Assembly: GCF_020745735.1 (NCBI RefSeq)
Contig: NC_083435.1
Span: 34,533,231 to 34,597,230 of the forward strand
Direction of reading: 5' to 3'
Length of the DNA: 64,000 nt
From: Hemiscyllium ocellatum
Taxonomy: Eukaryota
Part shown: positions 52,040-63,925 of the stretch, piece after piece
Position numbering within the stretch: position 1 is the stretch's first letter
How the letters are laid out: each line of letters opens with the position of its first letter
Notes under the pieces: generated by a model
The model's database searches: none
Told to the model about the DNA's origin: nothing
The model's input: the letters and a program-made list of their open reading frames with translations, nothing else
Program-made: the position numbers and the translations under genes

Positions 52040-53620
52040 AAGTGAGGATTAAAAGGATGACTACGGTAGGAATAGGGCTAGTCAAAGGCAGAAGTGGAAA
52101 GTTGCGTGTGGATCCTGTGGAGATGTGGGATTTATGGGAGGATTCTCTGGAAATCCAGGGAGGAGGTGTTGGAGCCTTTAGATTTGATATTTGAGTCGTC
52201 ATTGTCTACAAGTTTAGTACTAGAGGACTGTATGATTGTAAATGTTGTGCCATTGTTGAAGAAGGGCAGTAGAGATGACCTGTGAGCCTTACGTCTGTTG
52301 TTGGATAAGTTGTGGAAAGGATTATAAGAGATAGGATTTATAATCATCTAACAAGTAAGAATTTGATTGCAGAGAGCAAGCATAGTTTCGTCAATGGCAG
52401 GTCACGTCTCACAAACCTCATTGAGTTTTTTGAGAAGGTGGCCAAGCATGTGGATGAGGATAGGACAGTTTACGTGGCGTATATGGACTTCATTAAGGCA
52501 TTTGATAAATTTCCAAATGGTAGGCCGTTGGAAAAAAATGCAGAGGCGTTGGATTGTGGGTGATTTAGCACGTTGGATTAGAAACTGACTTTTGTAAGAA
52601 GGCAGAGAATAGTAGTTGATGGAAATATTTAATCCTGGAGTTTGGTTACTAGTGGTCTGCCACAAGGATCAGATTTGGGACCACCGTTTGTCATTTTTAT
52701 ACATGGCCTAGATGCAGGCATTGGTGGATGGGCTAATAAGTTTGCAGATGACAGTAACGTCGGTGGAGTAGTGGACAGTGTGGAAGATATTGCAAATTGC
52801 AGGGGGAATTGGATAAACTGCAGAATTGGGCTGAGAGGTGGCAAATGGAGTTCAATGAAGATAAATGTGAAGTGATTTACTTTGAGAAGAATAACAGGAA
52901 GGTAGAATAATGGGTCAATGGAAAGACTCTTAGTAGTGTGGATGTGCAGAGGGACATGTACTACATCCCTCAAAGTTGCTACACAATTTTAGAGTGCTAT
53001 TAACAATGCATATGGTGTTTTAGGTTTTATTGGCAGAGGGATTGAGATCTGCAGCCTTAATTTCATGCTGCATATGTACAAAATGATAGGGCCACCACAG
53101 TTGGAATATCGTGTACAATTCTGATTGTCCCATTTCAAGAAGGATGTGGAAACATTGGAAAAGGTGCAGAGTAGATTTACCAGGATCTTGCCTGGTCTGG
53201 AGGGAAGTTCTTATGAGGAAAGACTGAGAGATTTTGATGAGTTCTCATTGGAAAGAAGAAGGCTGAGAGGGAATTTGATAGAGACATACAAGAATATCAG
53301 AGGATTAGGTAGGTAGACAATGAAAGTATGTTCCCTCGGATGATGACGTCGGCTTGTATCGCAGGCAGAGCAACAAATTGAGGGGTGATAAAATTAAGAC
53401 AGATCTCAAAGGTAGGTTCTTTATTCAGGCAGCGGTAAGAGCGTGCACTGCCCTGAGAGCCAGTGTCGTTAACTCAGCCACAATAGGTAGTTTTAAACAT
53501 TCCTTGGATTAACACATGAATGCTAATGGGATAGTGTCAGAGGTTGGGCTTAGATTAGTTCACAGGTTGGAGCAACATTGAGGCTGAAGGGCCTGTTCTG
53601 CGTTGTATCGTTCTATGTTC
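52040..53620 (+). mobile_element. CR1 RT through 3' end
   Basis: LTNLIEFFE, SGLPQGSDLGP, NKFADDS, LEKVQSRFTRILPGL; CR1 tail. Confidence 0.92.
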
Positions 53621-54099
53621 AATGAATATTGCAAATGCGATTGACCCTGGTAATATCCAGGCAACAGTACTGAAGTCTTGTGTTCCAAACTAACGTCGCT
53701 GTGAGAAGCTCTTTCATTATATGTAAAACAAAGTCATTTACCCAGACGTTTGTGGAAAATTGACCAGCTACAGGGTATCCCAAAGAAAGGATGGTAAATC
53801 TAAACCAGGAATCATTGGTCTATTAATAAACTGAATTGTCATCAAAATGTTAGCACGTGGCATTAACAGTGCTATCATCAGTACTGTACAATGATCTGCT
53901 CACTGTCATTGAATTTGGGTACCCTGGCCATACAGGTCAGAGCTTCATTCCAATTTTGCTCGAAACATGGTTAATAAATCTGATCTCGGATTATGAGTTG
54001 TAAATAATTAGCTCGACAGCAAGACGGCACTGAACCAAGTTTGCTATCAAAGTCAATAAGATGAACTGTCACCATTAGATACAGGGTCAATATATTCAT

Positions 54100-54480
54100 T
54101 GGATACATGTGTTTAAGTTTCTGCATTTGCTTCCTGATGGAAGAGACGATAACCAGAGTGGCAGGGGTCATTGAAGATGTTGGCCTTTCAAGGGCAGTGA
54201 GAAGTGAAGATGACGTCAATGAACTTTGGCTTGTGTGATGTAATGGGCTGTGTTCACAACTCTTAGTAGTTTCTTACAATCCTGGGCAAAGCAGTTGCCA
54301 TAGCAAGCCATGTGCATCCCAAAAACATGCTTCTTTGGTGCATCTGTAAAAGTTGGAGAGAGTCCTTATGGACATTACACAATTCCTTAGCCTCTTGAGG
54401 AAGAAGAAGTATTGTTGTGCCTTCTTGACGGTCATAATAACTTGGCGAGTCCAGGACAGATTGTTGGTGAACTCTGTCAT
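54100..54480 (-). mobile_element. Rex1/Babar-type LINE fragment (DUF1891-like region)
   Basis: VKKAQQYFFFLKRLRNCVMSIRTLSNFYRCT. Confidence 0.7.
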
Positions 54481-54599
54481 CTTTAACAGTTGCGATCATC
54501 CCCAACAAGCGAAATTTAACTCTGCTACTAACCTAAGACTTGATCGAGGTCTTACAGTCATCGCGAGATATCGCATGGAAACACATATTTCAGTCCAAC

Positions 54600-55740
54600 T
54601 TAGAATCATAGAGTCATGGAGATGTACAGCAGGGAAACAGACGCTTTGGTCGAACTCATCCATGCTGACCAGATATTCCAACCCAATCTAGTCTAGCCTG
54701 CCAGCTCCTGGACCATATCTCTCCAAACCGTTCCTATAGACATATCGAACATGTGATGAAAGGACCTGGTGTGGGACGTTTGTGGTAAAGACTTGGGAGA
54801 AGACGCTGATTACTAAAAATGTTCAACTCAATATTGAGTCCGGAAGGCTGCAGTGTTTCCAAGATGAAAATGAGATGAGGTCTGTCTAACCTGCGCTGAA
54901 CTGCATTGGGGCACTGCTGAAGCCCGACTTGTCCCAAACACGCAAGTAGTTGCCAGAAGAGCGTTATCTTCAGCTTTAAACATTGAATGTGTTCAAGGGC
55001 AGTACTTTCTGCGCAATGACAATTAAACAGAACAACCTTCTGAGACAGAAAACTGATCATCACACTTACAGTTAATTGGAAATCTCTTTCTTTTTAAAAC
55101 TATGCATACTCCTTCACAACTCCACTAACCATAAACATAACCCTGCGGTAGGAGGGGAACAAATGTACAATCTTATGTCAGCGTAAGTATTACACTTAGT
55201 ATCTTGATGACAGCTGAGAAGTTTTAGCATGTAACATACCCTGCTACAATCATATCCAAGCTATTCTCTATTTTTTGTCCGAAAGATAAGGCTTAAAGAG
55301 TCATAGACAGTTGTTTAGCACAATAATCACTCCTTTGGTTCAATTCAGTCATGCCATCAGATATCCTAATTTAATCCAATGCCATCTGCCAGTATTTGAC
55401 CAATATCCCCCTAAAACCTTCCTATTCATATATCCATTCAGATGCTATTAAGTATACTAATGTCAAGAGATTCCACCACTGCCTCTGGCAGTCCAGACCA
55501 TACAAAAAAATCCCTGTTCATGCAACAAAAGTTGCCCCTTGGATCCCTTTTAAATCTTTCCCCTCTGAACTTAAAACACTGCCCTAGTTTCAGACTTCCT
55601 AACCCTGGGAAAATACCTTGATCCTAACCATGCCTCTCATGTTTTCACGAAACCTTGATACTCTCAACCTCCAGAGAAAATATCCCCAACATATTCAGCC
55701 TCTCCTTACAGCTCAAACTCCCCAAAACTCGTATTTAAAA
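54600..55740 (-). mobile_element. Short CR1 3' fragments (~54600-54730 and ~55300-55740)
   Basis: tcatagagtcat tails and CR1 3'-end sequence. Confidence 0.7.
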
Positions 55741-56271
55741 TAAGGCTTTCATTCAGGGTGAATGCCTATTTTCAGATGTTTGGGGTGTAAAGATAAAGCA
55801 TGAGAGGCTGAAATTTCATTTGAAATTATCTGTAATGGAAGTAAAGGAGACGTTTTCACCAAGTGATGTCTGGCTGTGGTATTATCTTGCCCATTTGAGA
55901 ACACAAAAATATAACATGCAAGGTTACAGTGGCTTGGGGGAGGATTGGTAATGCGACTCTGGATACCTGGACTGCTATGGCAAATACAATTCAGATGTTT
56001 TCCGTTCTGGTGGGCGTATTGATATGGGCTGGTGACATGGGCTATTTGGTGAAAGTGGCATGTTACCTTCTTGCAACGTGTATATTTTCCATTTGCCAAG
56101 AGTCATTATGTCAGAGTGAGCAGCTGTTCTCTGCTTTTAAAAGACCGTGACTGATGTCAGACATTGCCTAATTAGCTCAGGTGAGATTTCTCTTAGGTTT
56201 AAATGAAACGTTGTATTGAAGAATCCATCGGCTTTTCTATTGGAATTATTAGCATCAACATCATTTCTCGG

Positions 56272-56341
56272 ATGGATCCATCAGTACTGAGACATATTGA
56301 AGCAGTGTACTACCCTATTCTCGCAATTATTGGAGTTCCTG
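56272..56341 (+). CDS. GPR139-like GPCR, coding exon 1
   Basis: MDPSVLRHIEAVYYPILAIIGVP G|gtaagt, a canonical phase-1 donor. An upstream in-frame ATG also exists at 56203. Confidence 0.85.
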
Positions 56342-56489
56342 GTAAGTTACGACTATTTTACAATCAGACTGGATATTTCAATAATTCAAATTTGATAAAA
56401 AACAAGTTTTTTTTAAGTAACACTATAATCACTTATATTACTCTTTTCAATTTCTTTAGAATTATCCTCCATCTCGCAATTATTTTGAA

Positions 56490-57250
56490 GAGATGAAGGA
56501 GCGGACATATACTATTAATGGGGGTGTTATAGAACAGAGAGACCTCAGGGGTCAAGTACATAATCTTTTGAAACTTGCATCACATATAGACATGGTAGTT
56601 AAGAAGGTGATTAACATGTTTGGCTTCATAGATCAGACCTTTGAGTATGGGAATTCAGATTTCATGTTCAGGTTGGAGTGGGCACTGGTGAAGCTGTTTC
56701 GGAGAACTGTATGCAGTTCTGGTCGCCCTACTGTAGGATAGATGTCAAACTGGAGAAGATTCCGAACACGTTTACTGGGATGTTCTCGGGAAAGGAGTGT
56801 TTGAGATATAAAAATAGACGAAACAATCTGGGACTTTTTAAAAAAGCACTGAAGCGTTGGAGGTTGGCCAGTGAACTTATTGGTATTTATAAAATAATGA
56901 AGGGTACAGGTACGCTGAATAGAAAGAGTCTTTTACATAGGATGAAGGCGTTAACAAAGGGCGAGGGGCAAAACTTGAGGTGAGAGGAAAAAGATTTAAC
57001 GAAGCACATGAGGGGTATTTAATCTCCAAAGAGTATAGTCCATGTGGGGCATGAACCGCTGGTAGAAGTGATGGTTATAGGTACATTTACAATGTTTATA
57101 AGATATTTGGATACTTTCATGTAAAGGAAAGGCTTGCAGTTATCATGGCCAAATGCAGGCAGGTGGGACTAGCTTTATTGGGGAACATGGTGGGCACAGA
57201 CTCGATGAACCAAAGGGTCTTTTTCTGTGCTGTATAACTCTCTGAATCTG
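56490..57250 (+). mobile_element. CR1 3' fragment in GPCR intron
   Basis: CR1 RT C-terminal motifs and 3' tail. Confidence 0.85.
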
Positions 57251-57719
57251 TGACTGGTTCTCTCCTGAAGACACGGCATTCCAAGAAGAGAAAGAAGGAC
57301 TCTGTTAGGGATTAAGCGTCAGGATTATGACACAATCTGGGCGGATGTGTTCTTTGTGTGGTGTTTCAAAATTAGGATGATGTACAACTTGAAAACAAAC
57401 TGGTGATATCACCATTCGCAATTTCGGTTCTCCCTTTCCGTTTATGAGGTGAGAGACGACAGATGGGCGATGCTGTGCAATGAAACTTGACAAAATATTC
57501 CAGTTCCTTTTGTGTATAGTTGACACTAAACACTACAGCGCCAGTTACGGATGGAACAATTGGTTAACATCAAAATTGGGCATCTTTGTCCTGTTAGTGT
57601 TGAGAATCCAACTTTATTCTGTTTGCATAAACTAAGGGAGAGGAACGTATGGAATGATACTCCTGCAATCTCCAAATGCTGCTGCAAATTGGTGTGTTCA
57701 GAAAATGTACCAAGGACAT

Positions 57720-58035
57720 TGGCGGCATGGTGGCACAGTGGTTAGCACTGCTGCCTCACAGCACCAGAGACCTGGGTTCAATTCCGACTCAGGCGACTGA
57801 CTGTGTGGAGTTTGCACATTCTCCCCGTGTCTGAGTGGGTTTCCTCCGGGTGCTCCGGTTTCCTCCCACAGTCACAAAGATGTGCGGGTCAGGTGAAGTG
57901 GCCATGCTAAATTGCCCGTAGTGTTAGGTAAGGGGTAAATGTAAGGGTATGGGTGGGTTGCGCTTCGGCGGGTCGGTGTGGACTTGTTGGGCCGAAGGGC
58001 CTGTTTCCACACTGTAAGTCTAAGTCTAAGTCTAA
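57720..58035 (+). mobile_element. HE1-type SINE, full length, in GPCR intron
   Basis: tRNA-like head, HE1 body, (CTAAGT)n tail; gacatt on both flanks. Confidence 0.92.
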
Positions 58036-58064
58036 GACATTCCTCTGATTTCTATAGCCTCAAA

Positions 58065-59815
58065 GTCAGCATTTCACAGTGTAATAACCGGTCTTTGATA
58101 CCGAGTCCAACGTTAATTTCAGGTTAACTTCACAGTTTATGTTGTTGCATTTTGTTTTTATAAATATTTCCAGATGTTGCAAACTGACTAAAGGGGGAAT
58201 AATGTTGTTATATGCCAACAAGGCATCGAGGGATGATTTTCTGCCGCTTAGCACATTCTAACTTTAACTATACTATTTGAATATCACTGAGTTTAACAAC
58301 GATCAGGCAAGTTCGACTTTGATCCAAACCTACAGAAAATCACCAGATGAGAGTTATATCTGAGATGATGATAGTTAAACTGAGCTACGAATTTGTCTCC
58401 ACCAAATGTATACAATCATATTTTTTTCATAGGTATAAATGACATTCGGAATTTTGAAACTTTTGTGGCCCAACATGTATAATTCTTTTCTGCTCAAATC
58501 CTGGCAGTGGACTTGCCGTTCACAGAGGATGGATTCATGAGGCGACTGAATAGGCTTGATCTCCATCTCGTCTGTTCAAATGTTGAGAATCAATTTGCAA
58601 ATCGCCCAAGAAATCTATGATTGGTTGGGAATTCTGGGAGAAACACTTAGCAATGAGCGAGATCTCTCTCAGTACTGGAGTTTCAAGTTAGCAACTTATC
58701 CAGTCTTGCCAGTTGTGTATTAGATTCATCCAGTAAATTAGAGAGAATGACATCGTTATTTAGTGTTTTGCGTCTGGGTGTTTCCGGAAATCTGGAATAA
58801 CAATCGAATTGACTATCCTCTCAAAGGTCACCAGTGGTACAGTTGAATGGGTGGAATAACCATGGAGAAACGATCAGAAATGAACACAACAATAGTCTAA
58901 ATGCTGCAAGGATGTAGGCACAGAATGTAAAATGAATAGAATCCTTACACGAGACGAACACATTCCTTCCTCCATACACGATCCATGTCACTTAATTTAT
59001 ATGTCATAACGATTTTCACTTCAGTCTGCATTGCTCCGAAGAACAGAACCTCTCATATCCAGTCTCTCTCCATACATATAACCCAGGCAATGGACAGGTA
59101 AATCTCCTCGGCGCACTGTCTATTGCAACCAAGCTCCACTCCCACACACCCACACACCACACACCCCTCCGCCCACACCCCCACTTCCTGGAAGAGTCGA
59201 TTCAGGATTTGCACACCATATTCTAGCTCCGGTCTAGTCAGCATTTCATGCAGTTACAGCATAACCTCTCGACTCTTAAAATCCCTGCCTGAGCTGATAA
59301 AGGAATATGTCCCATATGCGTTCTCAACCACTTCAAGTGACTGCCCCACGAACTTGAGGGACAAGTGGACATTTATGCTGATGTTCATCTGATCCAGGTG
59401 GCTTCTCAGGGTACTGCAGTTCCTCGTGTGTTCTGTTCCATTGTTTGTCCTGCCAAAATATATGTTAAAGAGTAGGTTCCTAAGAGTGATTAATGCTGAA
59501 TCCCACTGGATACAGACTTTGAATCAGAAAAAAATAGCCTTCCAACATTACCCCCTGTACTCTGCACTTTGGGAGTCATTTACGGTAATTACCTTTGACA
59601 TCATTGCACTGATCACGAGCAGACTCCAATGCGGAATTTTATTAAAAGCTTTGCTGAAGTCCAGTTAGATTGCATCAAATTAACTTCCACGCAGAAATAC
59701 ACAAAGCCATTCTTGGGTCTTCGGCAAATATTTGAAGAATGGCTTCTTTCCCACTGTTATAAGAGTTCTGAATGAACCTCTCAAATTTTCAATTTAGTGT
59801 TCATCTCGCTCTTTT
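58065..59815 (+). repeat. Segmental duplicate B of 49780-51545 (intronic)
   Basis: Colinear with copy A, including the old CR1 (-) and a C-rich tract. Confidence 0.9.
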
Positions 59816-60949
59816 AGCGCCTTGTTGTAGAAGGAGCACATCTAAGTTGATGAGCGAGCTTATTTTTATTCATATTTTATATTTTCCTCATTTCTGTTTC
59901 TGCTTTTCGTTATTCCACCACAAGGCAAGCTTCACATTAACATAGACAGTGAATTATGCAAATTACCAATCGTTATTATCATTACATACGTAAATGACTT
60001 CACCATGGAAATGCTCCGTCTGATATGTTAGAGGTGTAATGTTGAGAACATTGCAACGTTATGGAATTGTTTACCAAATTTACATTTTAATGAAAATATC
60101 ATTGTATCAGTTCGCACTGATACCTGACAAAACCTGATAACTGTGCTGTTGAAAAGCAAAGCAGGTCCAAGTTTATTTTGTTGGGAAGAAGATTTCATCA
60201 ACATTAGGAACAGAATCACAATTCTGTGTGCTGTCAGGTTGCAATCAGATGTGTTTTGAATTCAATATTTAATTTCACATATCTGAAAATGGTTCCAAAG
60301 TATCACTAATCAGAACATCAACTGGATACAAGTTCGATGAGCTTTGCTATATCATGGACGTGCCCTTAAGGAGTGGATTTTTTTGATATACATAAACCTA
60401 ACAGACACAGATCATTTTCCATGATCCAGGAGAAGACCAGTATCCTAGTGGAGGATAAAAATCTTGTGTGGTATGTCATATAAATTCTGAGTGGAGTTTG
60501 CGTTTGACTTAACAAACACTAATTTATAAATGACTTTCTACGAGATTATTAGCCTAACGTATGCTTAGTGTGTGAACTGACAGGAAATATCTTACAGTTC
60601 TACAGTTAACATTTGCCTATTCGAGAAAAGAAAAGATGGAACGTAAAGCCTCGTATGCTTAGAATAAAATTAGACTGACATGAATGGAGCACTAGTTAAA
60701 ACACATGGTGCAGAGAAGCTGAGTATATGTGCCATTTTCAGATTGGTAAGCTATAAGCAATGCACTGATCACTGATCTTTCTCTCATCAATTCGGTAAGC
60801 ATATGAAAACAAAACATTCTTAATATATTGGTTTTCTGTAGCATGGTTGCAAAATTGCAGGAACAGACACTGCAAACAGGCTAAGGATCTAATCTCTGTG
60901 GTCAGGTCTGACAAGTAAACTGGCTCTGAGCCCTTGCAGAAACGATGAT

Positions 60950-61710
60950 TCTTAGTTTGGGAGAAGATTTGTAGCACGGGTGCTCGTTGTGTTCGCCGAG
61001 CTGGGAATTTGTGGTGCAGACGTTTCGTCCCCTGACTAGGTGATATCGTTTGGAAGGACAACGGAATGGGGACATGCCACAGCCCAAAGAACTAGCCACA
61101 CTACCATACATCAAAAACATTTCTGAACTGATAGCCAGACTACTGTGACTACTAGGACTCATAACAGCACACAAACTAACTGCCACTCTCAGACAACAAC
61201 TCACCAGGACAAAGGACCAGATACCCAGCAGGAGCAAAACCAATGTAGTGCACAAAATCCCATGCAAGGATTGCACAAAACACTGCATAGGTCAAACAGG
61301 AAGACACTTAATGATCCGCATCCATGAACACCAACTAGCCACGAAACGACATGACCAGCTATCCTTAGTTGCCACACACTCAGATGACAAGCAACATGTG
61401 TTCGACTGGGACAACACTACTATTATCGGACAAGCCAAACAGAGAACAACTAGGTAATTCCGAGAGGAATGGCACTCATCCACTGATTCAATCAACAAGC
61501 AAATCGACCTGGACCCAATTTGCTGTCCATTGCAGCGGACAGGTGGAACTGACAACTGGAAGCGGAAGATACAAATCACGATAAATGCTGGAGGAAACAT
61601 CACAGAATCGCTTCCCAGGAGGCTCCCAAGCACTGAGGATGTCACCTAGACAGGGGATGAAATGTCTGCTACACAAATTCCCAGCTTGGCGAACAGAACC
61701 ACAACAACGA
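60950..61710 (+). mobile_element. Penelope family A 3' fragment (GIY-YIG + pLTR) with inverted partial pLTR at its 5' side
   Basis: 61050-61710 encodes PKELATLPYIKNISEL...VVHKIPCKDCTKHCIGQTGR. 60950-61047 is the reverse complement of the pLTR end. Confidence 0.88.
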
Positions 61711-62277
61711 TCATTCTTCCCTGCGGTGCAGCCAATTCGACGTTGTTTACTGAGGAATATAACGGTCACAGAGAGTGGTCTTCATTACAGCCAACTCTTG
61801 GCTCATTTTCCCGCTCTTATTTTACTGCTGAATAAATTCTTACCATAGTTATCACATGGCAGCCAATACATGAATTCCTTTTCAGATTCATTTTCCTTTC
61901 AGCGTTCCAGTCGATCTAAAGAAACATGGCAATAAACAAAATGCACAATTTCTGAAGGTTTTGGAACAATATGTCATAGTGTTTTAACATTTAAATAAGT
62001 CATTTTCTTTGAATTTAGAAGGATTCTTTTCATTTCTGCTAGAAATATTCTCCCCAGACCATTCTAAAGTTGTACCTGATGTTATACTATTAATAAAAAA
62101 AAGTCGTATTAAACATTGTTGAAATTCACCTCTTCTATAGCCAATATATCCACACCATCCAATTATGAGTGGAAAATAATGATGTGTTTAATTCTTTAGA
62201 AGAAAACAATTGATGAGATAGGTGCGGATGAGATTTTTAAACACGTTTTATAATTAGTTTTCCATTTTTTCTTTCAG

Positions 62278-63165
62278 CTAATATATTATCAATTGTAATA
62301 TTTACCCGTGGAAATTGCGGCCTCTCCAAATGTATCACACATTACCTGGCGTCAATGGCAATAGCGGATCTCCTCGTTTTAATATTTGAAGTGATTATGC
62401 ATATGCTTAAAGAAATCTATTTTCCGAAATCGTTTCTGGATTACACTTCTGTTTGTCGTCTTACTTTTGCCTTCTCTTTTTTGTGCGTTGATTGTTCTGT
62501 TTGGTTAACAGTTGCTTTCAGCTTTGATCGCTCTGTATCTATCTGCTGCCAAAAGCTGAGAGTCAAATACTGCACAGAGAAAACTTCAGCTGTGGTTATA
62601 GCCATTGTCTGTGGACTTTGTGCTGCAAAAAAACTTGCCAGTTTACTTTGTAAACCAACCTGGAATTATAATTGACAACGTGGCATGGTTCTGTGTTATG
62701 AAGTCTGATTTATATATTTTACCAGTTTGGAAGGCTTACTTGTACTTTGATACTATTTTAACCCCATTTGCTGCGTTTTTCTTTATTTCTGTGTTCAATG
62801 CTCTGACTATCAGGCACATTTTAACGAGTAGTAAAGTAAGGAGAAGCTTTCGGGAAAAAGTCAAAGATTCTGAGTTAGAAAAACGCAGGAAGTCTGTCAC
62901 ATTACTGCTTGCTATTTCTGGAAGTTTTATTTTTCTGTGGATGTTAATTCCTATCTGTTATATCTATGTAGAATTTACAGAGAACCAATTTTACCAAACG
63001 GATTATAATGACCCTTTCACTATCATGGAACACACTGGATATATGCTTCAGCTTTTGAGTTCCTGCACCAACACGTTTATTTCTGCAGTGGCACAGACTA
63101 AGTTCAGAAACGAAGTAAAGAATGTGATTACATGTCAAAATAATCAGAAGATACAAAAATGGTAA
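62278..63165 (+). CDS. GPR139-like GPCR, coding exon 2 (single +1 frameshift in A7 at 62627-62633)
   Basis: tttttctttcag | (A)NILSIVIFTRGNCGLSKCITHYLASMAIADLLV...FSFDRSVSICC...; after removing one A, LCAAKNLPVYF...RRKSVTLLLAISGSFIFLW...CTNTFISAVAQTKFR...KW*. Spliced and corrected CDS is 957 nt, 318 aa, with 7 hydrophobic segments. Confidence 0.88.
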
Positions 63166-63719
63166 CTTTCTCCTATCGTAGATTCATCCTCCAACATAGC
63201 ACTGTGCTAGCTAAGCATCATTTGTGGATGCAAACAGAGGTACTGTTTTCAGAAAAATGAGTATTCACATTAATATTTCTGATGAAAGGCTCTCAATGTA
63301 TAATGCCAGGTCTGTTGGGTTTTATCCTGGATTTTGCCTAATCTGCTGAGTTCAATAAACTTTTCTTTTATTGTTGTCGTGGCAGATTTGTCGTGTCTGC
63401 ACAACTTTGCATTTGGAATAGTTAACACGATCTGTCTCTCAGTAGCAGTGACATTGTTACACATACCATAATGTTAGCATTCTTTCCCATTTATATACAA
63501 AAATCTGCTGCACGTGATGATTAACTGTTTTATAGGCCTTCGGTTGAGATAGATCTGATAACCAAAATGGCAGTGTCAGATCAACGTCAATGGTGAGTGG
63601 ATCTGGAATAGGAAAATAAGAATTCGTCTATTTGGACAGGAAGAATATAAATAATGAAATTATTTTTTGTAAATCAGGAGACTGACTTCGGGAGATTGCT
63701 AAGTGACTAATAACTGAGA

Positions 63720-63925
63720 GCACTGCAGATACCATAAATCAGGAACAAAACTGAACATTTCAGGCAAACGTCAGCTGGTCTAGCAGCATCTATGGAGAGA
63801 ACATTTTGGAGCGAGAGACCGTTCCTCAGAACTGATCTGTGGAAGGGTCACTCTAAATTTAAGGTTAACTTTGATTTCTCTCCGTAAATGCTGCCAGACC
63901 TATACAGCTTTACCAGCATTTTCTG
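63720..63925 (+). repeat. Dispersed shark repeat fragment (cactgcagat...tagcagcatctatggagaga)
   Basis: Resembles the 28690-28825 family; degenerate. Confidence 0.4.

Noticed and set aside
55929-56150. Hydrophobic ORF (MAWGRIGNAT...) just upstream of GPCR exon 1
   Set aside because: Starts at GTG, ends in a stop, has no usable splice donor, and matches no family I recognise.
57720-57800. tRNA-like sequence, also at ~15465-15541 and ~28081-28150
   Set aside because: These are heads of HE1 SINEs followed by SINE body and tail, not tRNA genes.
58012-58036. Short tandem repeats ((CTAAGT)n, (GATTA)n, (GA)n at ~14513, (CA)n at ~27795) as array-like features
   Set aside because: They are retroposon tails or microsatellites with no repeat-spacer structure; not CRISPR.
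58375-58566. YMLGHK resemblance to L1 endonuclease (DHMLGHK)
   Set aside because: Surrounding residues do not follow L1 ORF2; treated as part of the unassigned duplicated core.
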